NCBI GenBank assembly: GCA_965655095.1
Contig: OZ296656.1
Location: 51,832,001 to 51,896,000 of the forward strand
Source of the DNA: Haplodiscus bocki
Taxonomy: Eukaryota
DNA length: 64,000 nucleotides
Reading direction: 5' to 3'
This document shows, piece after piece, positions 29,001-42,747 of the stretch. The first letter of the stretch is position 1, and every line of letters starts with the position of its first letter. Under the pieces are notes generated by a model. That model did not search any database, was not told the DNA's origin, and saw nothing but the letters and a program-made list of their open reading frames with translations. Position numbers and translations under genes: made by a program.

Positions 29001-32000
29001 GTTGTTTATGGACCATTTCAGCTCATTGCCAACCTGCTGATACCGGAATTGTACCTTCCTTTTGAATGGGGGTTGAACTGTACTTTTGGAAATTGATCCT
29101 GCGTCCTATATCCAGAAAAAATAGGTCGTTTACATGTAAAGCCATCGAAAAAATTTGACATTTCAGGAATATAATCCACGGGCCACTTAATCCTATAAAA
29201 AAACTTTTATCTCCTTAATGTACAAAAGTCTAGGCATAAGGGCTAAAAAATGGGTCGTTAAATTGATTTTCCCAATTAAGGTTTAGCACGACATCAACAT
29301 ATTTTGCTTCTCCAACAACTTTTATTGTAGCCCTAGCTGAATTCCCATCGAAAAAAAAAACTTTTCGATTGTGATTTTGCATGTGAAACACAGCAACCTT
29401 GAGAACTTTCTGTCTGGTTTTAAGCAGTTGTAAATTACGACTGAAGCTGATTCCTTTGGGCAAAAGAACCAAAGTTTGAGAAAGAACAAAAGAAGAAGCT
29501 TTCTTTCAGTTGATTTTGGAAAAGAAACATGAAAAAAAGTTGCAGAAAAACAATTCCGCACCAATTGAGATTTCATGAGGCAGTAGGTTCTCGGCACCGT
29601 AGGTGAAACAATCGTTTGTTGATCAATGTCTGCAAAGTTACACCTATATGAGGCGCGTTGTTTGCAGTAAAACAGAAAGACGTGCTTCGGAAAAAGCCGG
29701 CACTTCCACTTCGGAGACATCAAAAATACTCTCCTTCAAGAGCTGAAACACCGAACCATTGAGAAGCTGAAAAGCAAACGCAGAAATCCTCAAAACTGGA
29801 AAAATAGCTAAAGGTACTAAGACTGAGTAAACTTTTCTCCAATTTTGTAAAACTTGGACATAGAGCAAGTCGGTGACTCCCAGTATCAACAGCACGGCTT
29901 CTCAGAAACTGATCACTGATCTATCGTTTTCCGATGAAACAACAGAGAAGAATTCGAAAAAGGTTAATACATTTGTTATTTATGGACCAAATCAGCTCAT
30001 TGCCAACCTACTGATACCGAAATTGTACCTTGCCAGTGAATGCGGCTTGAACTATTCTGTTGAAAGTGGATCCTGCAGAGTACATCCGGAAAAAATAGGT
30101 CGCTCCCATGTAAACAGATCGAGAAAGTTTTGACATTCCAGGAATTTCATCCATGGGCCACCTAATCATATAAATGTCTTCTAGTTCCTTATTATACAAA
30201 GTTCTAGGATTACGGGTCATAATCTGGGTCGTTAAATTGATCTTCCCAGATAACCTTCAGCTCATCATCAACATAATATGCTTCTTGAATAGCCCTAGCT
30301 GAATTCCCATCAGAAAAAAAACTTTTCCTGTTTTGTTTCCATGTGAAACACAGCAACCTCTACAACTTTTTGTCTTGTTTTAAGCAGGTGTAACTTACGA
30401 CTGAAGGTGATTCCTTCGGGCAGAAGAACAATAGTTTGAGAAAGAACAGAAGAAGAAGCAATTTTTCAGTTGAATTTGAAAAAATCAAGGAAAAATGTTG
30501 CAAAAAAAAACGATTCTGCACCAATTGAGATTTCATGAGGCAGTAAGTTCTCACCATCATAGGTGAAACAATCGTTTGCTGATCAATGTCTGCAAAGTTA
30601 CATTCAAATGAGGCGCGTTGTTTGCGGTAAAACAGAAAGACGTGCTTCGTAAAAAGCTGGAATTTCCATTTCGAAGACATCAAAACTACTCTCTTTCAAG
30701 GGCTGAAACATCGAAGCAGTGAGAAGCTGAAAAGCAAACGCAGAAATCCTTGAAACTGGAAAAATAGCTAAACGTACTAGGACTGAGTAAATTTTTCTAC
30801 AATTTTGTCAAACTTGGGCATGGAGCAAGTCGGTGACTCCCAGTACCAGTAGCACCAACAGCACTGCTTCTCAGATCTATCGTTTTCCGCTGAAACAACA
30901 GAGAAGAATTCGGAAAAAGGTTATTACATTTGTTATTTATGGACCAAATCAGCTCATTGCCACCCTACTGATACCGAAAATGTACCTTGCCAATGAATGG
31001 GGCTTGAAGTATTCTGTTGAAAGTGGATCCTGCAGAGTACATCCGGAAAAAACAGGTCGTTTCCATGTAAACAGATCCGAAAAGTTTTGACATTCCAGGA
31101 ATTTCAACCAGGGGCCACCTAATCATAAAAATAACTCTTAGATCCCCATTATACAAGAATTCAGGGTTACGGGACAAAGTATGGGTCGTTGAATTGATCT
31201 TCCCATATAAACTTTAGCACGTCATAAACATATTATACTTGTCGAACAACTGTTTTTCTAGCACTGTCTGAATTCGCACCAGACGAAAAAACTTTTCCGA
31301 TTTTTTTCCATATGAAACACATCAACCTCTTGAACATTTTGTCTGGTTTTAAGCAGTTATAATTTACGAGTGAAGGTGATTTATTAGGGGAAAAGAAAAA
31401 CCAGAGTTTGAGACAGAACAACAGACGAAGCTATTTTTAAGTTGAATTTGAAAAAAAATGAAACAGTTTCAGAAAAATGTTTTTGCACCAATTGAGAGTT
31501 TTCAAGGCAAAAAGCTGTCGACAATGTAAGTAATGTAAGTGAAACAACCGTTTACTGATCAATCTTTGGGAGGTTGCCTTTATAAGAGGCCAGTTGGTTG
31601 CGGTAAGAGAAAAAGATGTACCTCGTAATATGCTACCTTTCCCACTTCGAAGACACCGAAACTAAGCTCTTTGCAGGGCTGAAACATCAAAGAACTGAAA
31701 AGCTGAAAAACAAAACCTGATAAAACGTGATCCCGAAGAAAAAAACTACGTATAGTGAACATTTCCCTTTTTTGTCAAACTTGGGCAAAGACAAACTCGG
31801 TGACTTCCAGTACCAGTAGCACTAACAGCGCAGCTTCCGAAAAACTCATCAATGATCTGTCGTTTGCCGCTGAAACAACAGAGAAGGATTTGGACAAAGA
31901 CTACTATGTTTGTTGTTTATGGACCTGTTCAGCTCATTGCCCACCTGCTGATACCGGAATTGTACCTTGCCATTGAATGGGCGTTGGACTGTACCTTTGG

Positions 32001-32793
32001 ATGTTGATCCTGCCTACTATATCCAGAAAGAAATAGGTCGTTTACATGTGAAGCGGTCGAAAAATTTTGACATTTCAGGAAAAGCATCCACGGGCCAAAC
32101 AAAGCTATAAAAAACTTCTGTCTCCTTAAATTGCAAAAAAACTAGGCCTAAGGGTTAAAAAATGGGTCGTTATATTGATTTTCCCAATTAACGTTTAGCA
32201 CGTCATCAACATATTATGCTTCTCCAACAACTTTTTTTCTAGCCCTGGCTGAATTCGCACCAGAAGAAAAAATTTTCCGTTTTTTTGTTATGTGAAACAC
32301 AGCAACCTCTAGAACTTTTTGTCTGGTTTTAGGCAGTTGTAATTTACGAGTGAAGGTGATTTGCTGCGGCAGAAGCACCAAAGTTTGAGAAAGAACAACA
32401 AAAGAAGCTATTTTTAAGTTGAGTTTGAAAAAAAACTGAAAAACAGTTTCAAAAAATGATTTTGCACCAATTGAGAGCTTTCAAGGCAAAAAGTGCTCGA
32501 CAATGTAAGTGAAACAAGCGTTTACTGATCAATATTTGCGACGTTGCAATTATAGGAGGCCAGCAGGTTGCGGTAAGACAAAAAAATGTACCTCGTAATG
32601 AGCTGGTTTTCCCACTTCGAAGACATCAAAACTACTCTCTTTCAAGGGCTGAAAGCATTGAGTTTTTCTCATCGAAGCATTGAGAAGCTGAAAAGCAAAC
32701 GCAGAATTCCTTAAAACTGGAAAAATAGCTAAAGGTACTACGACTGAAGAAACTTTTCTTCAATTTTGTCAAACTTGGGCATAGAGCAAGTCG
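23039..32793 (+). repeat. Alternating X/Y dimeric higher-order repeat (~1.95 kb period), decaying into chimeric units after ~30 kb
   Basis: X units (GATCCTGCGTCCTATATC, CCACGGGCC) start at 23039, 24988, 26946, 28889. Y units (GTGGATCCTGCAGAG, GGGCCACCTAATC) start at 24026, 25974, 27928, 29873. Periods are 1949, 1958, 1943. Confidence 0.92.
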
Positions 32794-33484
32794 GTGACTC
32801 CCAGTAACAGTAGCACTAACAGCACAGTTTCCGACAAACTGATCTATCGTTTGCCGTCGAAACAACAGAGAAAGGTTTGGACAAGGAGTACTACATTTGT
32901 TAGTTAGGGACCGTCAGCTCATTGCCACCCTGCTGGTACCAAAAATGTACATTCTCAGTGAATGAGGACTGAAGGGTTCGGTTGGAAATTGATCTTGCGA
33001 AGTATATCCAGAACAATCAGGTCATCTGCATCTAAACGCATCGAAAAAGTTTTGACCTTCCAGGAATTGCATCCATGGGCCAAACAATCAGCTAAAAAAC
33101 TTCTAGGTCCTTAATACACAAAGTTCCAGGCTTAAGGGTCAAAACATGGGTCGTTATATTGGTCTTCCAAGATAACGTTGATCACGCCATCAACACAAAA
33201 TGCTTCCCTAACAATTTTTTTCTAGAGCTGGCTGAATTCGCAACAGAAGAAAACTTTTCCAATCTTTTACCTTGTAAAACACTGCAACTTCTGAAACTTT
33301 CTGTGTAGTTCAAAGCAGCTGTTTTTTACGACTGAAGGTGATTCGTTCGGGCAGAAGAACCAAGTTTTAAGTAAGAACAGAAGAAGTATTTCACCAGTTG
33401 ATTTCAAAATAGGAAAAGGATAAAAGTTGTGGAAAAATGAGTTTGCACCAATTGAGGGTTTTAAAAGGCAAGAGGCTCTCCACG

Positions 33485-33790
33485 CTATAGGTGAAACAAT
33501 CGTTTTGCTTATCAGTGTCTGCCGAGTTTTAATTTTGAAGAGCAAGTGTCTCAAGGTCAGGACAAGAAAAAGAAAAGTGCCGTCAAGCGTTCTGTTGAAA
33601 GTTGATCCTGCGAAGTACAACCGGAAAAAAATTAAAAGTTTGCATGTACACAGATCGAAGTTTTTACCATTCAAGAATTAGGTGACTCCCAGTACCAGTA
33701 GCACTAACAGGACGACTTCCGAGAAACTCATTACTAATCTGTCGTTTGCCGCTGAAACAACAGAGGAGAAACGTTTGCAAAAGGATTACT
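33485..33790 (+). repeat. Rearranged monomer junction, copy 1 (second copy at 39435-39741)
   Basis: ...AAGTGCCGTCAAGCGTTCTGTTGAAAGTTGATCCTGCG...CATTCAAGAATTAGGTGACTCCC occurs at both sites, offset 5950. ORFs 33267..33674 and 39343..39624 share their N-terminal ~60 aa. Confidence 0.92.
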
Positions 33791-35621
33791 AAAGTTGTTG
33801 GTTATGAACCAACTCAGCTCATTGCCACCCGCCCGATACCAAAATTGTAACTTCCCAGACAGAGGGAATTGAAGTGTTCTGTTCAAGGTTGATCATGCGA
33901 AGGATATCCAGAAAACATAAGTCGTTTTTAAGCAAACACATCGAAAAAGTTCTGATATTCAAGGACTCTCATCCATGGGCCAATTAATCATATAAAAAAC
34001 ATCTAGGTCCTTAATACAAAAACTCCAGGCTTAAAGGTCATAATATGCGTCGTTAAATTGCTCTTCCCAGATAACGTTGAACGCTATCAACACAATATGA
34101 TTCTCTAACAACCTTTTTCTAGCTCTGGTTGAAATCAAACCAGAAGAAAAAATTTTTCCGTTTTTTTTCCTTGTGGAACACGGCAACTTCTGGAACCTTT
34201 TGTCTTGTTCAACGCAAGTGTAATTTACGAGTGAAAGTGATTTGTTTGGGCCAAAGAACCAAAGTTTGAGTTAGAACAGCAGATTTTCTAAGTTGATTGT
34301 ATGAAAGAAAAGAAGACGAGAGTTGCGGTAAAACGATTTTGCACCATATGAGAGTTCCTAAGGGAGTAAGCTCCGGACACTGTAGGTGAAACAATCATTG
34401 GCTGATCAATGTCTGCAAAGTTACAATTACATGAGGCGAATTGTTTGTGATAAGACAGAAAGATCGGAGTAATCTGGCATTTCCACCTCAAAAAGACCAA
34501 AACTACGCTTTTTGCAGGGCTGAAACATCGAAGCATTGAAAAACGTCAAAAAACGCGGAAAAGTATTGCGCCCGGAAAAAAACCAGAATGTACAACGATT
34601 TAGTAAATTTTTCCCCATTTTTGTGAAATTTGGTCATAGAGCAGGTCCCTGACTCCCAGAACCATTCGCACCATTAGCACGGCTTCCGAGATAATGATCA
34701 CTGATCTATCACCTGTTGCTGAAACAAAAGAAGAGAATTTTTTGGAGAAAGATTACTGCATGTTTTAGTTATGGACCAATTCAGCTCATTGCCGCCCTGC
34801 TGATACCAAAAATGTACCGTCTCAGTGAATGGGGATTGAATTGTTCTGTTGAAGGTTGATCCTGCGAAGTGCATTCAAAAAATAGGTATTTTCCACCTAA
34901 GCAGATCGAAAAAGTTTTGCTTTTCCAGGACGTTCATCCATGGGCCATTTAATCAGAATATAAACTCCGAGGTCCCTAATATACAAAATTCCACACCTAG
35001 GGGTCGAAATATGAGTCATTAAATTGGCCTTCCCAGATAACGTTGACCACGCCATCACTCTTAATATGCTTCTCTAACAATTTTTTTCGGGACCTGGCTG
35101 AATCCGCACCAGAAAAAAACTTTTCCGATTTTCTTCCATGTCAGACAGAGCAAACTCTGAAAAATTTTGTCTGGTTTTTAGCAGGTGTATTTTACGAGTG
35201 AAGGTGAGTCCTTTGGCCAGTAGAACCAAAGATTGAGAAACAGCAGAAGAAGCTATTTTTCAGTTGATTTTGGAGAAGAAATGAAAAACAGTTGCGGAAA
35301 AATGATTATGCACCAATTGAGATTTCTTGAGGCGGAAAGCTCTCGACACCGTAGATGAAAGAGTCGTTTGCTGATCAATGCATGCAAAGTTACAATTACA
35401 TGAGGCGAGTTGTTTGTGATAAGACAGAAAGACGTTCTTGGGAAGCTGGACGTTCCACTTCGAAGTCACCAAAACTATGCTCTTTGCAGGGCTGAAACAT
35501 CGAAGCAGTGAGAAGCTGAAAAGCAAACGCAGAAATCCTTGAAACTGGAAAAATAGCTAAACGTACTAGGACTGAGTAAATTTTTCTACAATTTTGTCAA
35601 ACTTGGGCATAGAGCAAGTCG

Positions 35622-35814
35622 GTGACTCCCAGTACCAGTAGCACCAACAGCGCGGCTTCTCAGATCTATCGTTTTCCGCTGAAACAACAGAGAAGAATTC
35701 GGAAAAGCTGAAAAACAAACGGAGAAAAATTTTTGCACCTGGAAAAATTACCAATTGTACCACGACTCGGTGAACTTTTCCCCGTTTTTGAAAACTTGGG
35801 CATAGAGCAACTCG
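35622..35814 (+). repeat. 193-bp mini-monomer
   Basis: Anchors at 35622 and 35815. Junction AATTCGGAAAA|GCTGAAAAACAAAC at ~35706. Confidence 0.9.
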
Positions 35815-38800
35815 GTTACTCCCAGTACCAGTAGCACTAACAGCACGGCATCCGAGAAACTGATCACTGATCTATCGTTTACCGCTGAAATAACAGAGAA
35901 ATGCTGGGAAAAAATTAGTACATTTGTTCGTTACGGATTAAGTCAGCTCATTGGCAACCTGCTGATACCATATTTATACATTCCCAGGAATGGCCATTGA
36001 ATTTTTTTGTTGAAGGTTGATCCTGCGAAGTACCTCCAGAAAACATAAGTCGCTTTTGAGTAAACAGATCAAAAAAGTTTAGATATTCCAGGACTTTCAT
36101 CCATGGGCCAATTGTTCATAAGAAAAACCTCTAGGTTCTTAATATACAAAAATCCAGGCCCAAAGGTCACAATATGGGTCGTTAAATTGATCTTCCCAGA
36201 TAACGTTCAGCACGCTATCAACATAATGTGCTTCTCCAACAACGTTTTTCTAGCCCTGGCTGAATAAGTACCACAAAAAAACTTTTCCGAATTTTTCCAT
36301 TTTAAACTCAGCAACTTCTGAAACCCTTGTCTGGTTTCACGCAGGTGTAATTTACGAGTGAATGTGATTTGTTTGGGTTTGGGGCAAACGAAAGAAAGCT
36401 TGAGTTAGAACAGCAGAAGTTTTCTTTTCAATTGATTTTTTGATAGAAAAAAAAGGAGTTGCGTAAAAACGATTTTGCACCAAATGACAGTTCCTAAGGC
36501 AGTAAGCTCTCGACATGTAGGTGTTACAATCATTTGCTGATCAATGTCTGCAAAGTTACAATTACATGAGGCGAGTTGTTTGTGATGAGACAAAAAGACG
36601 TGCTTCGTAATAAACTGGCATTTCTACTTCAAAGACATCAAAGCTACGCCCTTCGCAGCGCTGAATAATTGAAGCGTTGAAAAGCTGAAAAACATGGCAG
36701 AAAAACCTTGCACCCGGAAAAAAAGCTAAATGTACTACGATTTAGTAAACTTTTCCCCAATTTCGTCAAACTTGGGTATAGAGCAACTCGGTGACTCCCA
36801 GTACGAGTAGCAGTAACAGCACGGCTTCCGAGAAGCTGATCACTGATCAACCCTTTGCCGCTGAACCAACAGAGAAATGTTTGCACAAAGATTACTAAAC
36901 TTTTTTAGTTATGGACCAGTTCAAAACATTCCCACCCGCCTGATACCTAAATTGTACTTTCCCAGTGAAAAGGGAATGAATTTTTCTGTTGAAGGTTGAT
37001 CCTGCGAAGTACATCCAGAAGAGGATAAGTCGATTCTATGTAAACACTTCGAAAAAAAATTGATATTTCAGGATATTCATCCATGGGCCAATTATTCTTT
37101 TAAAAAACTTCTAGGTCCTTAATATACAAAATTCCATGCTTGAGGGTCAAAAAATGGGTCGTTATATTGATCTTCTCAGACAAAGTTGATCACGCCATCA
37201 ACACAATATGCTTCTCCGGCAACTGTTCTTCTAGCCCTGGCTGAAATCTCAGCAGACAAAAACTTTTCCGATTTTTTTCCATGTGAAAAACAGCAAGTTC
37301 TGAAACTTTTTGTCTGGTTTTAGACACGTGTAATTAACCAGTGAAGAGGATTTGTTTGGGCAGAAGAACCAAGCTTTGAGTTAGAACAGCAGAAATTTTA
37401 TTCAGTTGTTTTTATAGAAGAAAAAAGGATAAGAGTTGCGGGAAAACGCTTTTGCACCCATTGAGAGTTTTAAAGGCGGTAAGCTGTCCAAACTGTAAGT
37501 GAAACAATCGTTTGCTGATCAATGTCTGCAAACTTACAATAACATGAGCCGAGTTGTTTGTGATGAGACAGAAAGTCGTGTTTCGTAAAAAGCTGGCATT
37601 TCTACTTAGAAGACATCAAAACTACCCCCTTTGCAGGGCTGAAACATCAAAGCATTGAGACGCTGAAAAAAACGCAGAAAAACCTTGCACCTGGAAAAAT
37701 AGCTAAATGTACTACGACTTAGTGAACTTTTCCCCAATCATGTCAAACTTGGGCAAAGAGCAACTCGGTGACTCCCAGTACCACTAGCACTAACAGCAGG
37801 GCTTCCAAGAAACTGATCACTGATCTATCGTTTGCCGTTGAAACAACCGATGAGAATTATTCGGAAAAAGACAATTACATTTGTTAGTTATGGACCAATT
37901 CAGCTCATTGCCACCCCACTGTTACCAAATTTGTACGTTGGCAATGAATTTGGATTGAACTGTTTGGTTGAAAGTTGATCCTGCGAACTACAACCAGAAA
38001 AAACAAGTCGTTTCGATGTAAGCAGATCCAAAAAGTTTTGACTTTCCGGAAGCTTCATCCATGGGCCAGTTAACCCTTTAAAAAACTTCTAGGTCCTTAA
38101 ACAAAAGTTTCAGTCTTAAGGGTCAAAATATGGGTCGTTGAAATGATCTTCCCAGATAACGTTGAGCACGCTATCAACATAATGTGCTTCTCTAACGACA
38201 TCTTTTCTAGCACTGGCTGAATTAGCAACACAAGAAAAGCTTTTTCAATTTTTTGCGTGTTAGACTCAGCAACTTCTGAAACTTTTTGTCTCGTTTCACG
38301 CAAGTGTAATTTACGAGTGAAAGTGATTTGTTTGGGCCAAAGAACCAAACTTTGAGTTAGAACAGGAGATTTTCTAAGTTGATTCTCTAATAGAAAAGAG
38401 GAAGATTGATGCGGTAAAACGATTTTACACCAAATGAGAGTTCCTAAGGTAGTAAGCTCTCGACACTGCAAGTAGAATAATCATTTGCTGATCAATGTCT
38501 GGAAAGTTACAATTACATGAGGCGAGTTGTTTGTGATAAGACAGAAAGACATGCTTTGTGATAGGCTGGCATTTCCACTTCAAAGACATCAAACCACGCC
38601 CTTTGCAGGACTGAAAAATCGAAGCGTTGAAAAGCTGAAAAAGCAACGCAGAAAAACCTTGCAACTGGAAAAATGCTAAATGTACTACAATTTAGTAAAT
38701 TTTTCCCCAATTTCGTCAAATTTGGGTATAGAATAACTCGGTGACTCCCAGCACCAGTAGCACTAACAGGACGGCTTCCGAGAAACCGATCACTGGTCTA

Positions 38801-41546
38801 TCGTTTGCCGCTGAAAGAACGGAGAAATGTTTTGACAAAAATTACTACACTTGTTAGTTATGGACCAAGTAAGCTCATTGCCACACGGCTGATACCAAAG
38901 TTGTACCTTCCCGGTGAATGGTGATTGATGTGTTCTGTTGAATGTTGATCATGCGAAGTACATTCAGAAAAAATGCCGCTGTTGAGTAATCAGATCGAAA
39001 AAACTTTGATATTCCAGGCTTTCATCCATGGGGCGGTTAATCACATAAACAACTTTCAGGGCCCTAATATACAGAATTCCAGGCTTAAGGGTCAAAATAT
39101 GGGTGTCTAAATTGATCTTACCAGATAACGTCGAGCACGCTATCAACATACTGTGCTTCCTTAACAACTTTTTTCTAGCCCTAGGTGATTTCGCACCAGA
39201 AAAATTTCTCCGATTTTTTGCCATGTAAAACGCGGCAACGTCTGAAACTTTCGTCTGGTTTTAAGCAGGTGTAATTGACGAGTGGAGGTGATTTGTTTGG
39301 GCAGAAGAACGAAACGTTGAGTTAGAACAGCAGAAGTTTTTTTCAGTTGTTCTTATAGAAGATAAAAAGGATAAGAGTTGCGGAAAAACGCTTTTGCACC
39401 AATTGAGAGTTTTGAAAGCAGTAAACTCTCCACACTATAGGTGAAACAATCGTTTTGCTTATCAGTGTCTGCCGAGTTTTAATTTTGAAGAGCAAGTGTC
39501 TCAAGGTCAGGACAAGAAAAAGAAAAGTGCCGTCAAGCGTTCTGTTGAAAGTTGATCCTGCGAAGTACAACCGGAAAAAAATTAAAAGTTTGCATGTACA
39601 CAGATCGAAGTTTTTACCATTCAAGAATTAGGTGACTCCCAGTACCAGTAGCACTAACAGGACGACTTCCGAGAAACTCATTACTAATCTGTCGTTTGCC
39701 GCTGAAACCAACAGAGGAGAAACGTTTGCAAAAGGATTACTAAAGTTGTTGATTATGAACCAACTCAGCTCATTGCCACCCGCCCGATACCAAAACTGTA
39801 CCTTCCCAGTCAGAGGGGATTGAAGTATTCTGTTCAAGGTTGATCATGCGAAAGACATCCTGAAAAATAGGTCGTTTTCAAGTAAGCAGATCGAAAAACT
39901 TCTGATATTCAAGGACTTTCATCCATGGGCCAATTAATCATATAAAAAACTTTTAGGTCCTTAATACAAAAAAAACTCCAGGCTTAAAGGTCGTCATATG
40001 GGTCGTTAAATTGCTCTTCCCAGATAACATTGAACGCCCTCAACACAATATGATTCTCTAACAACCCTTTTCTAGCCCAGGCAGAAATCAAACCAGAAAG
40101 AAAACTTTTCCGTTTTGTTTCCGTGTGAAACACGGCAACTTCTGGAACCTTTTGTATTGTTTAACGCAGGTGTAATTTACGAGTGAAAATGATTTGTTTG
40201 GGCCAAAGAACCAAACTTTGAGTTAGAACAGGAGATTTTCTAAGTTGATTCTCTAATAGAAAAGAGGAAGATAGATGCGGTAAAACGATTTTACACCAAA
40301 TGAGAGTTCCTAAGGTAGTAAGCTCTCGACACTGCAAGTAGAATAATCATTTGCTGATCAATGTCTGGAAAGTTACAATTACATGAGGCGAGTTGTTTGT
40401 GATAAGACAGAAAGACATGCTTTGTGATAGGCTGGCATTTCCACTTCAAAGACATCAAACCACGCCCTTTGCAGGACTGAAAATTCGAAGCGTTAAAAAG
40501 TTGCAAAACAACGCAGAAAAACCTTGCACTTGGAGAAAAAGCTAAATGTACTATGACTTAGTAAATTTTTCCCAAAATCTGTCAAACTTGGGCATAGAAC
40601 AACTCGGTGACTCCCAGTACCATTAGCACTAACAGCACGACTTCCTAGAAACTGATCACTGATTTATCGTTTGCCGCTGAAACAACGGAGGAGAGAAGTT
40701 TGCACAGAGATTACTAAAATTGTTAGTTTTGGACCAAATCCACTCATTGCCACCCGCCTGATACAAAAATTATACCTTCTCAGTGAATGGGGACTAAGTG
40801 TTCTGTTCAAGGTTGATCATGCGGAGGATATCCAGAAAACAAAAACCGTTTTCAAGTAAACAGATCGAAACCGTTTTGAGATTCCAGGACTTCCATCCAT
40901 GGGCCAATGCTTCATTTGAAAAACTTATAGGTCCTTAATATACAAAATTCCAGGCTCAAAGGTCACAATATGGGTCGTTGAATTGATCTTCCCAGATAAC
41001 GTTGAGCAAGCCATCATCAGATTAAGATCCTCTAACAAATTGCTTATTGCCCTGGCTGAATTCGCACCGAAAAACAACTTTTTCGTTTTTTTCCATGTGA
41101 AACTCAACAACTCCTGGAAATTTTTGTCTGGGTATACGCAGGTGTATTTTACGAGTGAAGGTGATTTATTTTGGCAGAAGAATCAAACTTACAGTTAGAA
41201 CAGAAGTTTTCTTTCAGTTGTTTTTATAGAAGAAAAAAGGATAACAGTTGCGGGAAAACGCTTTTGCACCAGATGAGTGTTTTAAAGGCAGTAAGCTCTC
41301 CACACTGTAGGCGAAACAATCGTTTGCTCATCAATGTCTGCCGAGTTCCAATTTAGAAAAGTGAGTCTCTAACAGTCACGGAAAGACAGAAAAAAGTGGC
41401 GTTAACACCTCATAAAAAAAACATGTACGCTCTCTACAGGGCTGAAACATCGAAGCATTGAAAAGCTGAAAAACGAACGCAGAAAAATTTGAGCCAGGAA
41501 AAGTAACTAAACAAACTACCTTTTAGTAAACTTTTCTCCAATTTTG

Positions 41547-42467
41547 TCAAATTTGGGCATAGAGCAACTCGGTGACTCCCAGTACCAGTAGCACTAACAG
41601 CACGGCTTCCGAGAAGCTGATCACTGATCTATCGTTTTCCGCTGAAACAACTGAGGAGAAAGGTTTGCAAAAAGAATACTAAAAATGTTAGTTTTGGACC
41701 AAGTCAACTCATTGCCACCCGCCTGTTACCATAAGTGTATCTTCTCAGTGAATGGGGTCTAAGCGTTCTATTCAAGGTTGATCATGCGAAGGATATCCAG
41801 AAAACATAAGTCGTTTTTAAGAAAACACATCGAAAAAGTTCTGATATTCAATGACTTTCATCCATGGGCCAATTAATCATATGAAAAACTTCTAGGTCTT
41901 TAATACACAAAACTCTAGGCTCAAAGGTCATAATATGGGTCGTTCAATTGATCTTCCCAGATAACGTTCAGCACGTCACCAACACCATATGCTTCGCTAA
42001 CAACCTTTCCTAGCCCTGGCTCAATTCGCACCGGAAAAAAAACTTTCCCGATCTCTTCCCTGTGGTACACAGCAACTTCTGAAACTTTTTGTCTGGTTCT
42101 ACGCAGGTGTAATTTACGAGTGAAAGTGATTTGTTTGGGCAGTAGAACTAAAGTTTGAGTTGGAACAGCAGATTTTTTAAGTTGATTCTGTAATAGAAAA
42201 AAGGAGGAGAGTTGCGGTAAAACGATTTTGCACCAATTGAGCGTTCCTAAGGGAGTAAGCTTCCGACACTGTAGGTGGAACAATCATTTGCTGATCAATG
42301 TCTGCAAAGTTACAAATAACTGAGGCGAGTTGTTTGTGATAAGACAGAAAGACGTTCTTGGGATTAAGCTGGCATTGCCACTTCAAAGAGACCAAAACTA
42401 CGGTTTTTGAAGGGCTGAAACATCGGAGCATTGAAAAGCTGAAAACAACTGCAGAAAAACCTTGCAC
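41547..42467 (-). pseudogene. Representative monomer read as a possible decayed protein-coding fragment (applies to all monomers); product unknown, hydrophobic C-terminus
   Basis: Minus-strand segments ...DVLNVIWEDQLNDPYYD... (ORF 41921..42283) and ...VVSAENDRSVISFSEAVLLVLLVLGVTELLYAQI-stop (TGA = plus-strand TCA at 41547-41549) are separated by frameshifts and stops. No homologue recognised. Confidence 0.3.
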
Positions 42468-42747
42468 CGAGAAAAATAGCTAAACGTACTACTATTCGGT
42501 AAACTTTTCTCCATTTTTGTCAAACTTGGGCATAATGCAACTCGATGACTCCCAGTACCACTAGCACTAAGAGCACGGCTTCCGAGAGACTGATCGCTGA
42601 TCTATCTTTTGCCGTTGAAACAACAGAGGAGATACGTTTGGACAAAGAGTAATGCATTTGATAGTTATGGACCTAGTCAGCTCAATACCACCCCACTGAT
42701 ACCAAAGTTGTACCTTCCCAGTGAATGGGGGTTGATGTGTTCTGCTG

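Noticed and set aside
41555-41625. tRNA/SINE-like head (TAGAGCAACTCGGTGACTC...CACGGCTTCCGAG)
   Set aside because: There is a loose A-box/D-arm resemblance only. No GTTCRANNC B-box and no consistent acceptor, anticodon or T stems could be drawn. tRNAscan-SE or Infernal would settle it.
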